Assembly: GCA_032718475.1 (NCBI GenBank)
Contig: JAUCBJ010007515.1
Location: 1-62,252 of the forward strand
Direction of reading: 5' to 3'
From: Nemertoderma westbladi
Taxonomy: Eukaryota > Animalia > Xenacoelomorpha
Length of the DNA: 62,252 nt
The translations under genes and the position numbers were made by a program. The notes beneath the pieces were generated by a model. It was not told the origin of the DNA and did not search any database. It saw only the letters and a list, made by a program, of their open reading frames with translations. Below, one piece after another: positions 35,164 through 47,700 of the stretch (positions within the stretch are counted from its first letter, which is position 1; each line of letters opens with the position of its first letter).

Positions 35164-35967
35164 ATGTGCACGAAAGGTTTCCACGAGAGAGCGGCCTGGG
35201 TGGAAGACGATCTCGAAACCACACTGCGACGTCGGTGGCAAACCCGAACTCTAGTCCAACGGGCGTTCTCCCTCCCAGGGCGAGGCAATATGGATAAATG
35301 CGCCCGGGTACTCGACGCAAACCTTAAGAATAACCACCTCGCGAAAATCGTAATACGAGAGATGAATGCGCGAGGTTGTCCGGTAAACTTAGATTATAAC
35401 ATCGTATGCGAGCGATGTAGCCACAAGTTCGCCGGTGGGTTTGACCACACCACCACTCAGGCAGTTATGTGCAATATGGCTGAGAAGCAGGAGACTTACA
35501 TGCCGTACTTCTTAGTTCACGAATTAATACACATGTACGATCATTGTAGGGCTAAACTCGATTGGAAGAATCTCGAACATTTAGCGTGTAGCGAAGTCCG
35601 AGCGGCGAATCTGTCGACGGAGTGTCGCCCGATGCTCCGGGGTTCACTGCTACCGGGGGCGCAACGGGACTGCGTTAAACTGCGTGCTACTCTCTCGGTC
35701 GCCGCTGTAGATCCATCTTTATCGAAGAGTGACGCTCTGGAAGTCGTTCTCAAGGTGTTTGACCGATGTATCGCGGATACCAGCCCCTTCCTCGCCGTGC
35801 CCCGGACGGCCGCTCTTAATAACGCGAAACTCGCGCGATCTCTGTACGAAGATCGCGAATTATTCTCCCTGTTCGATCGACCCACCACTCCTCGGACTAC
35901 TGAAGGGACATCCGTGACGGGGAGTCCTTCTGTCGTTACTCCAGCGGCTTTACAAACTAATAAATAA
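35164..35967 (+). CDS. ATP23: Mitochondrial inner membrane metalloprotease ATP23 (peptidase M76), intronless CDS
   Basis: AGGFD, HELIHMYDHCR (HEXXH), HLACSEVRAANLS, CVKLRATLSV, VFDRCIADTSPF; first ATG at 35164. Confidence 0.93.
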   Translation: MCTKGFHERAAWVEDDLETTLRRRWQTRTLVQRAFSLPGRGNMDKCARVLDANLKNNHLAKIVIREMNARGCPVNLDYNIVCERCSHKFAGGFDHTTTQAVMCNMAEKQETYMPYFLVHELIHMYDHCRAKLDWKNLEHLACSEVRAANLSTECRPMLRGSLLPGAQRDCVKLRATLSVAAVDPSLSKSDALEVVLKVFDRCIADTSPFLAVPRTAALNNAKLARSLYEDRELFSLFDRPTTPRTTEGTSVTGSPSVVTPAALQTNK

Positions 35968-38029
35968 ATATTTTATTTATGTTAGGAAGAAATATCAGTT
36001 TTAGAATTATAGTTGTGCTAATGAATCCACTGCCTAGACCACCAGAATCGGTGATTAATCTGATTAATTAATAGTCATTAATTACTATAATTGCTATAAC
36101 TAAACTAAAATGATGTACATTTGATAATAGATAAAAAATGTATTGGGAAAAATTTCTCTCAAATTAACTGTTTTAATACTTTAACCATGAATTTGGCAGA
36201 TTTAGATCCACCAATTAAAATGTTCGCGGGTTCAAAACTGAAAGGGATCAATTTTGATTGCGCCGAAAGTCCCCCCAGCGTTTTTTTCCTAAATATGTGT
36301 AATTTATAAATAGAAATCACAGTTTGCAAATGTTTTAACTAGTTTAGAAATATTTCTAAACTAAAATTTGTAAATAGCAAATTTAAAAATAAAAATGTTA
36401 GTGAACAATTTGACAATCATAAATTGATAAATTCCATATGTATCAACAGTATTCATCAAACATCAAAGTCAAATCCTTCCATCTCTAATTCTGATTCGTC
36501 TAAAAAACCAGTCTAAAAAAACATATCTCTATTTTCGCTTATTGTCTCTGCCACTTCCTGCCGAGAGTGAAGCCGAAATCCCCCACCCCCCCCCCAAAAA
36601 AAAAATTATGTAAATTCGCAAATTATTTTGAATGTAAAAGAATTTAACTAAAAACAGAATACAAATTAATTAGGTTCCAGTACACAGAATCTCTGTTCGT
36701 TTTACAATAATCTAAATAATAAATAAATACAGTAAGCCGTGTAAGAAGTGCATTGTGTATTTATTTTGGTGCCCTTACCCAGATCGGGGAACTAAGCGCA
36801 TTATTATTGACGATTTGGCTATTTACTAATTATTACTTTTGAAAATGTTCTAGAATATGCTACCTATTAATAAATAAATATTAAAATGATTGCTCGAGGA
36901 CAAAATATTTTTTGTTCTAGAACATTTTTCATTTATTATTATATTTTTGATGGTTTTTGCTACTATTTTAGAAAAATGTTCTAGTTTTATTTAATGTTAG
37001 ATTTTCATGAAAATTAAAAATAATGGCATATATTTGGTTTGGTACTCCCCTAAAATTTTAAATATGTAAAAACGCAGCGTTTCTGAAAGCACTTGTAATT
37101 ATTATAATTAATTTACATTTTCAGCATTTCAAGTAAATTAAATAAAATTGCCATATTTTAGCAAATTTTTACCGATACAGTACTGGCTCCGTACGCATAC
37201 TTGCTCTTCGAAAATTTTATCAGAGCTGTACTTGTAACTTTTTTTTATAGAAAGTATCATAGAATATGTTAAAATTAAAAAAAATATTATCAAACTAATA
37301 TATTTTGTTCTAGAACATTTATTAATAAAAATCAGGATTCTTTTTAAAACGAAAATAATTTAAAAGAACATTATTTTTCAAAAAAATATTAATTGAAGGT
37401 ATAACTGCCACAAACGAAACAGTTAGTATATTTTACTAGCTTTATACAGCAAATATAGCTGCCTTTCTCAAGAGTAAGATAATTAGAAACTTTTCAAATA
37501 ATAAAAAAGTTCAAATTCTTTTTATCAATTCTAAATCAGAATTTAATGTAGATTTCAGAAATCGAAATCCTAAAATTATATAATATGCTTAAGTTGTCTG
37601 TTATTCTGGTTCTATGTCTACAGTATTGGTCTGTTTGCCTGTCTGTCAAAAAAATATGGACATCGATGTACACCACCTAACTAAAATTATTGCTACATGG
37701 GTTTTCGTGGTCGAGGATTTCATTTCCGGTGTCAATTTTAAATTTGGCGTAATCTAGTTTGTGTTTCTATTTGTCTGTCTGTCAGTCAAAAGATAACGAA
37801 GCACACTGCATAACTAAAATTTTCACTACGGGGGGTTTATGGTCGGTGACTTCATGTTTGACGTGAGTCTAGTATGTGAATACTGTATATACATATGTAT
37901 TTCTCTGTCTGTCAAGACAGCTAGACATACAGACGTTCTAGATTCTGCCAATCATTAAAATTCACATGAGAAATGAAATCAGCGACTTGGAAAACATCCC
38001 ATATCATAAATTATAGACTTGACTTGATT

Positions 38030-39690
38030 ACTGTAAGAATTGTTGACTGACTGGCTGACTGGCTGGCTGACTGGCTGGCTGACTGACTGATCTACAGCCA
38101 AAACTGCTCTAACGAATTTGATGAAATTTTCACAGCGACTAGATACCACGATTCTAAGGTCCCTGGTATGCTCGGCTACTCCGTCCATAGCCTCTGGGCT
38201 CGAAAAATAGAGATAAACGAAAAAACGCCATAGGCGCAATGGTAAAATAACACCAATGACAGCTGGTGTCCTGATGAAAAATGGCTTATGTAATGCATTT
38301 CTACACATGGCTTAGTATAAATCGATGAGGTTGCCAAGATTATTGTACTTAGTACACCCATACTGTTTGTTTAGGCCCTGCACTCTCTGTCAAAGCAAAT
38401 ATTAACTGGTTGATTTAGTTTGTGGTTCTACACAGGCTTAGTATAAATCGATGAGGCTGCCAACTGGTTGGTTTAGTTTGCAATCTATTACTGCCTCAGC
38501 TGAATAACTCTTCCCCCTGCTGAATGACTAGTAGGTATACAGTGTATCGGCTACATTATGCCAACATTAATACTGTGGAGGCTGTATGCTTATAAGGTGG
38601 AATGTTTACTCAGCCTTATACTGATACTCTGTAAGGCTAAGACTAACATTATAGTTTGAAATATAAAAATAACTGCTTATTATCTGTATTGGGTTAATCA
38701 CTGTGGCATTCAAAATGTTTTGTTAGGTGAATGACATTTAGTGGCTAAGATTATTCTCTGTCAGATTCCCTTCACACCATAGGCAAACATTGTTGAGGCT
38801 GAGGGAATTTACTTTAGTTTACTCTACTGAGTCATTCAGCTGAATGGATTTGAGCAAATGCCAAATTACAGAGTGGGATCTCTCTCTGACCATAGATAAA
38901 TAACACTTCCCTTCTGAACAAAGGTAAACATTGTTGAGGGAACTTACCTTTGATTGACGACTTCCGACTTGCTTAACAGCGTCTTGACGGCGTCTCTAGT
39001 TAGGAACCGAGAGGTTACTTTCTGTAAGAATTGTTAGCTGATTGATTGACTGACTGGCTGGCTGACTGACTGACTGATCTACAGCCAAAACTACTCTAAC
39101 GATTTTGATGAAATTTTCACAGCGGCTAGATACCGCGATTCTAAGGTCCCTGGTATGTTCCGCTATTTCGTCCATGAGCCGTGGGCTCGAAAAATAGACA
39201 TAAACGAAAAAACGCCATAGGCGCAATGGTAAAATAACACCAATAACAGCTGGTTTCGTGATGAAAAATGGCTTATGTAATGGATTTCTACACAAGGCTT
39301 AGTATAAATCGATGAGGTTGCCAAGAATATTGTACTTAGTACACCCATACTGTTTGTTTAGGCCCTAGGACACTCTGTCAAAGCAAATATTAACTGGTTG
39401 GTTTTGTTTGAAATCTATTATCGCCTCAGCTGAATTACTCTTCCCAATGCAGTCTATGGAAATATCTCAATCTGCTAATGTAAGCTGAATGACTTAGGTA
39501 CACAGTGTGTTGGCTACATTAATGCCAACATTATTGCAAAATGTTTTATTGTTGGATTACTCTCTGTCAGTCTCCCCTTCAGAACATTGTATAGGGAATT
39601 TACTTTAGTTTACTCTACTGTGCCATTCAGCTGAATGGATTTGAGCGATTGCCAAGTTACAGAGTTGGATCATTCTCTGACCATAGGCAA
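38030..39690. repeat. Two diverged tandem copies (~38030-38900, ~39020-39690) of a (CTGA)n-bearing dispersed repeat
   Basis: Colinear copies; a partial third copy at ~19685-19775. Confidence 0.8.
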
Positions 39691-41772
39691 AGACAAATCT
39701 TTTTAAAAATATAATTTTTCCATGTTTTTTTTTCTGACCAAAAATTTCAAAAAAATTTTTTCGTAGCCAGTACTGCCAATCGATTCGCCATCAAAAATAA
39801 CGCAAAAAATTTTTTTTGCAAAATTTTAAATTACTGTAAATTTTTGGCGACTGGGGGGGGTCAATTTTTTTCGATCCGCTATAACTCCGGAACGCTTTGT
39901 CCAAATTCGATGGGGTTTTTATTTTTCAACCTAATTCGATGTCCTCTTTCAGTCTATCCATGTTTCGAAACCCCAAACCGCGCCGTTCAAAAATTAATTT
40001 TTTCTAGTTCTTGAATTTTACAAATTTCAAAAAAGTTGCAGTATTTTATTAACGCCTTTATGGAATTCGATAGCGTTTTCGATTTTTATATTAAACGCAA
40101 TATCCTGAATCTCACTAGCCTAGTTTCGCGTCACCAATGCCAAGACTTCATACTTTTTGAGGAAAATTTTTCTAGAATAATTTTTATTTAATTACATTCA
40201 ATTATTATTTCTATTTTACAGTGAGACTGACGGGCAGACAGACATACATACTGACGGACAAACATTCCAGATGTTATCAAACATTAAAACTGATTTCAGA
40301 GATGAAATCAGCAAGGAGACCCCATATCGGAAATTTTGTTAAGGTGATATGCCTCCTTATATTTTGACAGACAGACAGTCTACGTTCAGTCAAAAATTAA
40401 AATTGACATCGGAAACGAAACCAGCGACTAGGAATACCCATATCATAAATTATATTAAAGTGGTTTAGGACTACTTACAGTATTTATATATTTTTCTGTG
40501 AGACTAATATAAGACAGATAGACAGACAGTCCAGATGTCATCAAACATTAAAACAAATACTGTAAATACTACAAAAATGAAATTAACGACTACGAAAACC
40601 CCCATATCGTAAATTTTGTTTCGCTGGTGACGTTTATTATATTTTGGCTGATTTTTTAAATTTCCCCCGATTTACATAAATTAGCGGGAAGGTTTGAAAA
40701 CTTTAAATCTCCGAATTTAGTTTTTTCGTGTAATTTGGAGACAAATGTACCTTTTTCTCGAGAACGGCTTGATGGAATTGGCTGAAATTTTCGCAGCAAG
40801 TTTGTTGTTGTAAGACACAATTGTGGAACCTCCAAAAACATATTTAAACAATAATTATCATCAAATGTATTTCTAATATAAACTCAGAAGGGCTAATTTT
40901 TGGTTGCAATTAAGTGCGACCCCCATACATTGACACAAAATATTTTCAAATTTTTTTAGGTTCCAGGTGTGTCGCGATAGTTACAAAGAAACTGTAGGCA
41001 TAACGGTGGAAAAATAAATAATGGAATGCAAGGCAGATACAGTATAGAACAAATAAAGAAACGGGCGGATTAGCGAAAAATTTGTGACAAAAGTGCCAAA
41101 AGTTTTTTGTAAGTAATTATGGATATATAGGTGACAGAAATCCCATGATGCTCCATTGCTCCAAAAATATTTGTATTTTTACGCCAATCAAAAGGTAGAA
41201 AGGGGAGAATAAGGATGAAGTTGTGATGTTTGTAATAATTTAATTAACTGCACAATATACGGGTTATTCAATGCGAAAGGAAAATAAATACAGAGAAAAT
41301 TTCATAAGCACAAATACACCTACGTAAAAAATACCAATTCGTTTGGAAATACAAATATTCACTCCATTTACTGACAATACCCTAAGGAAAATTAATAGTA
41401 CAGTAGTTCTACAGTACTAAGTAGCCTACACTTGTTGTCTGCTTGATCTGATTGTTATATTTGTTAAACCGAGAGACCATGTTAATTTTTAAACATTTAG
41501 TAAATGCTTGACAAATAATTAACAATTTTTTGTTGTGTTGAACAATGTTCTTGATAAAATTGCAACTTTTATTTTGACTGACACTTTTCATAAATTTGTG
41601 TTAGGATTTGACAAATAGGGCCTAACTAATAAATACATATAATAAATAAGTTATAGAAAATTATTGATAAAAATTGCAATTTTCTTTCAACTATCACTTT
41701 TGATAAAATTTTGAAGTATTTGACAAATCAAGTAGGCCTACAGTCATGACCAAATAATTTGGCCGCGGTAAG

Positions 41773-42375
41773 GGTACGTACTAAAAGGTAGAACGATCTA
41801 TAACGGGCTATAACGATCTATAACGGGCTATAACGGGCTATAATTTCATAAAAACAGGCTATAACCACCTATAACGAGCTATAATACTGTATTAAAATTT
41901 ACATTAAAAAAACGCCCCTTGGGTGTGTTTAACTTTTGGATTAACACGGTGGTCTGAAAAATCCCGCAGGTTAAAAATTAGGGTAGGCCTATCTGCCTAT
42001 GCCTAATTGATAGCGGTAACTTTTTTTTATTGGCCTATATTGCTAACATTCCTGTATTCTATATCGACCAGAAGCTGGCAGCGGATATAGCAGGATGGAG
42101 GATAGACAGAGAGATGAGAGACCTCTCCTCTGCTGCACTGTCTGAAAGTCAGATAATGCTGTAGTGGCATGCTAACTAATGCAGTAATGACTGATTTCGT
42201 GATACCACAAAGATGAAAAGCATTATGGACTAAAAAACCAAATTGCGTAATTAAATTACTGACTAGGATAATAAATCCATTCTAAAATAGGTTTTTTTAT
42301 TGTAATTTTTCAGATTATAGCTCGTTATAGGTGGTTATAGCCCGTTATAGATCGTTCTACCTTTTAGTACGCACC
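41773..42375. mobile_element. MITE with GG...CC TIRs
   Basis: GGTACGTACTAAAAGGTAGAACGATCTATAACGGGCTATAAC and its inverse; flanking CGCGGTAAG duplication (9 bp, or 7 bp if the TIR is one base longer). Confidence 0.88.
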
Positions 42376-42796
42376 CGCGGTAAGTCCTAATCTAACCAAG
42401 GCCTTACCTACAGTATTGTAATTGTAGGCCTATCGGTATTTCGCAGTGGCCTACTATACTTATGCACTTTACGGTAAGTGAAAGTAAATATTTTCTAAGT
42501 CGTAGTTGTACTACTACCTGACTTTTGCACTACAGCACTACCGGTATCAAGAATGTTGATAAAGGATTACTGTAATTAATTGAATGACACTGACCAGTGA
42601 CCATGCATGACCACTGATTTTACTGGTGGAACTGCACTGTATACTGTATTTAGCTTAGTCAGTTAGTCTGAGGTCTAATCATTCACTTTTTAAGCGTTGA
42701 GAATTACTGTAGGCCTATTGTAATTACCGTACAGTACTGCAGTACCGTAGTAGTATCTATCACCCAGTGTAGCAAGGTGCGAACCGTACTTCAAAA

Positions 42797-43845
42797 CGCA
42801 ATAATTTTTATTGTCCGTTTAAATCCTTTTTTTGTCCTTTTTTTTATTTTTTATGTCCTCCAAAAATCTAATGTTAGGTTCCATGCTACCGATTTCTCTA
42901 CTGCTGTTCTCTCAGGCTATCAGTACCGGTATTAGTATATATAGCACTATTTTGCTGTATTCTGGTATTGTATGCACAGATGTAGGTATAAAGCAGGTAT
43001 TTCTGTATTTTAGTACCGGTACCGGCACCGGTACTGCTGTAGGCCTACTGTGTAGCCTACCATTTAAATACGGTACTGGTAGGCCTAACGGCTGACCGGT
43101 TGTTTTGGTTAGAAAATCCCGCCTCTGTAGCCTGCTCCTTTCCCCCGCCTCTGTAACCTGCCCCTTTCCCTCAATTAGTTAAATGATCGTTTATTGTTTT
43201 GGTTAGAAAATCCCGCCTCTGTAACCTGCTCCTTTACCTCAATTAGTTAAGTGATCGTTTATTGTTTTGGATAGAAAATCCCGTCTCTGTAACCTGCTCC
43301 TTTCCCTCAATTAGTTAAATGATCGTTTATTGTTTTGGTTAGAAAATCCCGCCTCTGTAACCTGCTCCTTTCCCTGATTTTGTAAAGCGACTGTTTATTG
43401 TTTTGGTTAGAAAATCCGGCCTTAACCTGCTCCTTTCCATCAATTGGTAATTGTTTTTGGCTATAAAATGAGTGTTTTGCTACGTCATGTGGTAAATCGA
43501 TTATCGACAACAACCACAAACTATTAAATTTAGAGTCTTTTACCACAGGCGCATATGGAATTCTATCAATCATGGAATCATGGAATGTTTTGGCACAGGC
43601 ATAGTGAAACCAACTGTCCGACATACCAGAAATCAACAAATTTTGAATGTTTTGGCATAGGCATGTTGAAATCAACTGTCTGACAGTCCAGAAATCAGCA
43701 GTCTGACAGTTTGAAGAAATACATACATAAAAAGTCATTAAAAGGACAACAAAAGTCATTAAAAGGACAACAAAGGTCATTATGCACAATTCGTAAAAAA
43801 AGGAGGACAAAAAAGTCAAATAAAAGGACATAATAAATCACTGCC
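42797..43845 (-). mobile_element. MULE-like non-autonomous element, copy 2 (inverted relative to 32182-33499)
   Basis: Reverse complement of copy 1 with fewer 68-bp units; own TSD ACTTCAAAA / ATTTCAAAA. Confidence 0.8.
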
Positions 43846-44724
43846 ATTTCAAAAACTATATGGGCCTGTGTACCCATACCCATACCATACAGCTGCAGTT
43901 CAGTAGGCCTTCATACAGTAGGCCTTACTATATTTATGTAGGCCTTACTCTATTTATGTAGGCCTACAGTTAATATTGTAGGATATTTCTGCTTAAAGGC
44001 CTACTACTGTATTTTGTATTTTTGTTTTCGCAATGACTTAAATAATGATTGACATTAGGGCTAGGCCTACCTAATTTACTCATTCTATTTATTTATTTAC
44101 TAGTTAGACTCTCACTCTATGATTATTAATTGTAAAGTACAGTTACAGTAGTAGTGGAGTGGTTGGCGTAATGTGTCTTCCCGGCCAGCCACCTCCAATA
44201 CACCATTGTATTAACTATAGCGCTTAACTATACAGTATTTAACTAGGCCCCTCCCCCTATCTTACTCATTCGTATTGCTCTAACTCTATACTTATACACA
44301 TTTGTTTATTTTGAATCATTGTATTTTTTGTATCTTCTCCATCCCATTTTTGTTTTGCATGTTAAAAAAAATGAATTAACTATTTAGGCTTACTGGTACC
44401 AGTTTACTGTAATTTTTTGTTTGCCAAATTTAATAATAATATTAATTTCAACTAATTCAGTTTTGGATTTCAGTTTCAGTGCCCTACACCTACAGTATGT
44501 TCTTTAAAGAGAATTCCACAGCTTATTCTTCTGGATTACATTTCAGCATTTTATGTCTTGTAATATTACTGACATAAGGATAGGTATATACAGTAGGCCT
44601 ATAATATACGGTAAAATATTTTGTGAATGATGTTCTATGTAGCAAATGAATGTGGAGATTATAATATGTAGGCCTTGGCTAAAATACGAACTTGAAAATG
44701 TGAAGGTTTTATTTATTTATAATT

Positions 44725-47700
44725 ATGGCTAATAGGGGTTTTATCCCACCCGTCAAAAGGTTTGAATGGAAGAAGGTAACTGATCTGCCCCAGATGGTTC
44801 CTGGTGCAGAAACGTTTTCTCAGATGTCCCAAGAAGATATAATTCCTGAAAAACATCATCAACCAAACCAAATTATTGCCAAACCAAATGTGATGAATAA
44901 CATATTAAATTGTGATTCGGTTGCAGTAGGTGATAACTATAACATACGTTCTCCAAAAAGCCCTGTAGATACTCCTATCTCTTTATTTTATGGTGTGAAT
45001 GAAGATGAACTCTCTGATTTCGATTGGTCTCCAAGGACTGCAGCTGTATTCCATTCATCCCGTCATCCTATAAACAACTATCAAGTCGATCCTTCACTTG
45101 AATTAAATCGAATGCAGTCAAATGGATCCTTTGATATTCACTGTGGCAATAGTGATCCCTTATTTCTTTCTGATAACCAAAATTGGAGTCCATCTGATGA
45201 TGATGACATTGAGTTGGCATCAGGATTGAAACTTGATATACCCAAATTGACTCAAGGACCCCTTGCTTTTTCAAACACATTTAGTGATGCAGTACAGCCA
45301 CAAAACCGGACATCTAATTATAAATTACCAAATTATAGAACAACTATGCCATACCATGTAAATATGGCAGAACCAACAACGTCTATATCTGCAATAAATA
45401 ACGATAATTTGTTTCCAAATATCTATAATAGCACAGACAATTTAAATATACCAAATGTTGCTAATAGAGGGAAACCAACTCCAGTTGGTCACTACAGAGA
45501 CAATAATCTTAACCCATCAATGTATAATGCTGATGGTGATTTGGATTTCACTACACAAAATGATTTGAATTATTTCTCAGATATGAATTTCCCCTGTGAT
45601 GATGAACTTTGTGATGGAAATCTAAATCTTGTTAGGAAAACCCCTGGTGGTACTGAACAAACACATAATCTTCGCCCTATTGAAGAAATACCTGTTACTT
45701 TTAGATCAGTTTTTAAGGAATTTATTTATTTTAACATTGTTCAGAGTTCTACTCTCGACACTATACTATATACTGACAAATCGTTGGTAGTGTCTGCTCC
45801 AACTGGAAGTGGGAAAACCGTTTTGTTAGAAGTGGCAATTGTGAAGCTTCTAAGTGCTCCGAATTCATCAAGGCTTCGCATTGTCTACATGGCACCAATG
45901 AAAGCGCTATGCAGCGAACGTGCCAAAGATTGGTCAGCAAAGTTTTCACAAATTCAGGATATCAATGTCTCTGAATTAACTGGTGATACTATAACGGACG
46001 ATCATTCTATTATTACCCAGAGTAATATTATTTGCACCACTCCAGAGAAATGGGATAGTGTATCGCGCCGATGGAGGGATAATCAATCCCTGATGCAATC
46101 AATTAAATTGTTTCTAGTTGATGAGGTTCATGTTTTGAATGATGAGAACAGAGGGAGTACAGTAGAGGTTGTAATCAGTAGAATGAAAACTGTTCACATG
46201 GCTGGAAATTCTGATGGCCTACGGTTTATAGCGGTGTCAGCCACTATCCCCAATATTGAGGATGTAGCTGAATGGTTCAGTAACAAATCGGGGGCTGCAG
46301 AACACCAAACTTATGATGAATCCTATCGACCTGTGCATTTAAGGAAAGTTGTGTTGGGATACCCCTATGCTGCGAATTGCTCTGAATTTAAGTTTGATAT
46401 GAATCTCAGCTACAAACTGAACACAATTATTCAAGAATATGGTCATGGAAAGCCAACACTAATCTTCTGTTCTACAAGAAAATCAGCACAACAAGCAGCT
46501 CAAATTTTATCCAAACAGGCAAAATATGTAGGATCTGCAGACCATCATCAATATTTGAAGAGAGCAGCAAATATGCTAAAGGACTTGGCTTTGCAACAAC
46601 TAATTACTAATACAGGTATTGGATATCACCATGCTGGATTGGATCTGCAAGACAGAAGTGTCATCGAAGATTTGTTCTTGAAAGGTGAATTGCCAGTCCT
46701 TATATGCACTTCGACATTAGCTATGGGAGTTAATTTACCTGCACATCTAGTGATAGTCAAAGGCACATCATATTATGTTCAAGGAATTTACCAAGAATAT
46801 ACAGAGACGCAAGTTCTACAAATGGTTGGCAGAGCTGGTCGTCCGCAGTTTGATACTACTGCTACAGCTGTAATCCTAACAAAAACGACATTTAAACAAA
46901 AATTTGAAGCTTTGGTGACAGGAAAGCAAGTTATCGAATCGAGCTTACACAATAACCTTATTGAACATATTAATGCAGAAATATGTCTTCGCACAATTAC
47001 TGATGAACTAAGTGCACTAAACTGGATTAAATGTACATTCTTGTTTGTTCGTGCCAGTAAAAATCCTGCTTATTATAATATGAAAACTTTTGGTAAAGCT
47101 CTTGATGAACATTTGATAGCATTATGCAATAATAATATTGGGAAACTGGAAAACATTGATTTGGTTAAAAGATATGGTGAACTTGCAATTGATGTACATC
47201 CAACAGAAAAAGGGAAACTAATGAATCGTCATTGTATCTCCTTTTCAACAATGAGAGAAATATTGCAGATGAGTGGTAAAGCAACTTTATTTGATATAAT
47301 TGATCTTATTAGTAAATGCAAGGAACTACAAGATGTGAAATTACGAATGACTGAACGTCGGATCTTGAATGCATTAAATAAATCTGTTGCACAAAATGGT
47401 GGATTACGGTTTCCTTTGAAAGGTAAAATTAAAAGCTCTGATATGAAAGTTAACTGCCTCATTCAAGCTACATTTGGAACATTAGCAATTGATGAATTTT
47501 CATTACTGCAAGATGCCATGAAGATAATCAGAGTTTCTCAGCGTCTTACCAAGTGTATATATGAATGTTCTGTTCTCAGGCCAAAAGTTGGCAACTATGC
47601 ACTTATCCATAACTCTCTTATTCTTATGAAATGTGTTCGGTGTAAATTATGGGAGAATAGCATGTATTCTTCTTTGCAGCTAAAAGGTATTGGCAATATT

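Noticed and set aside
32182-43845. Composite transposon carrying ATP23
   Set aside because: Each inverted copy has its own different 9-bp TSD, so they inserted independently.
32218-43883. Short paired ORFs (32218, 32494, 33203, 37979, 38996, 42832, 43307) as a gene family
   Set aside because: They are chance translations of duplicated non-coding repeats, with stops differing between copies.
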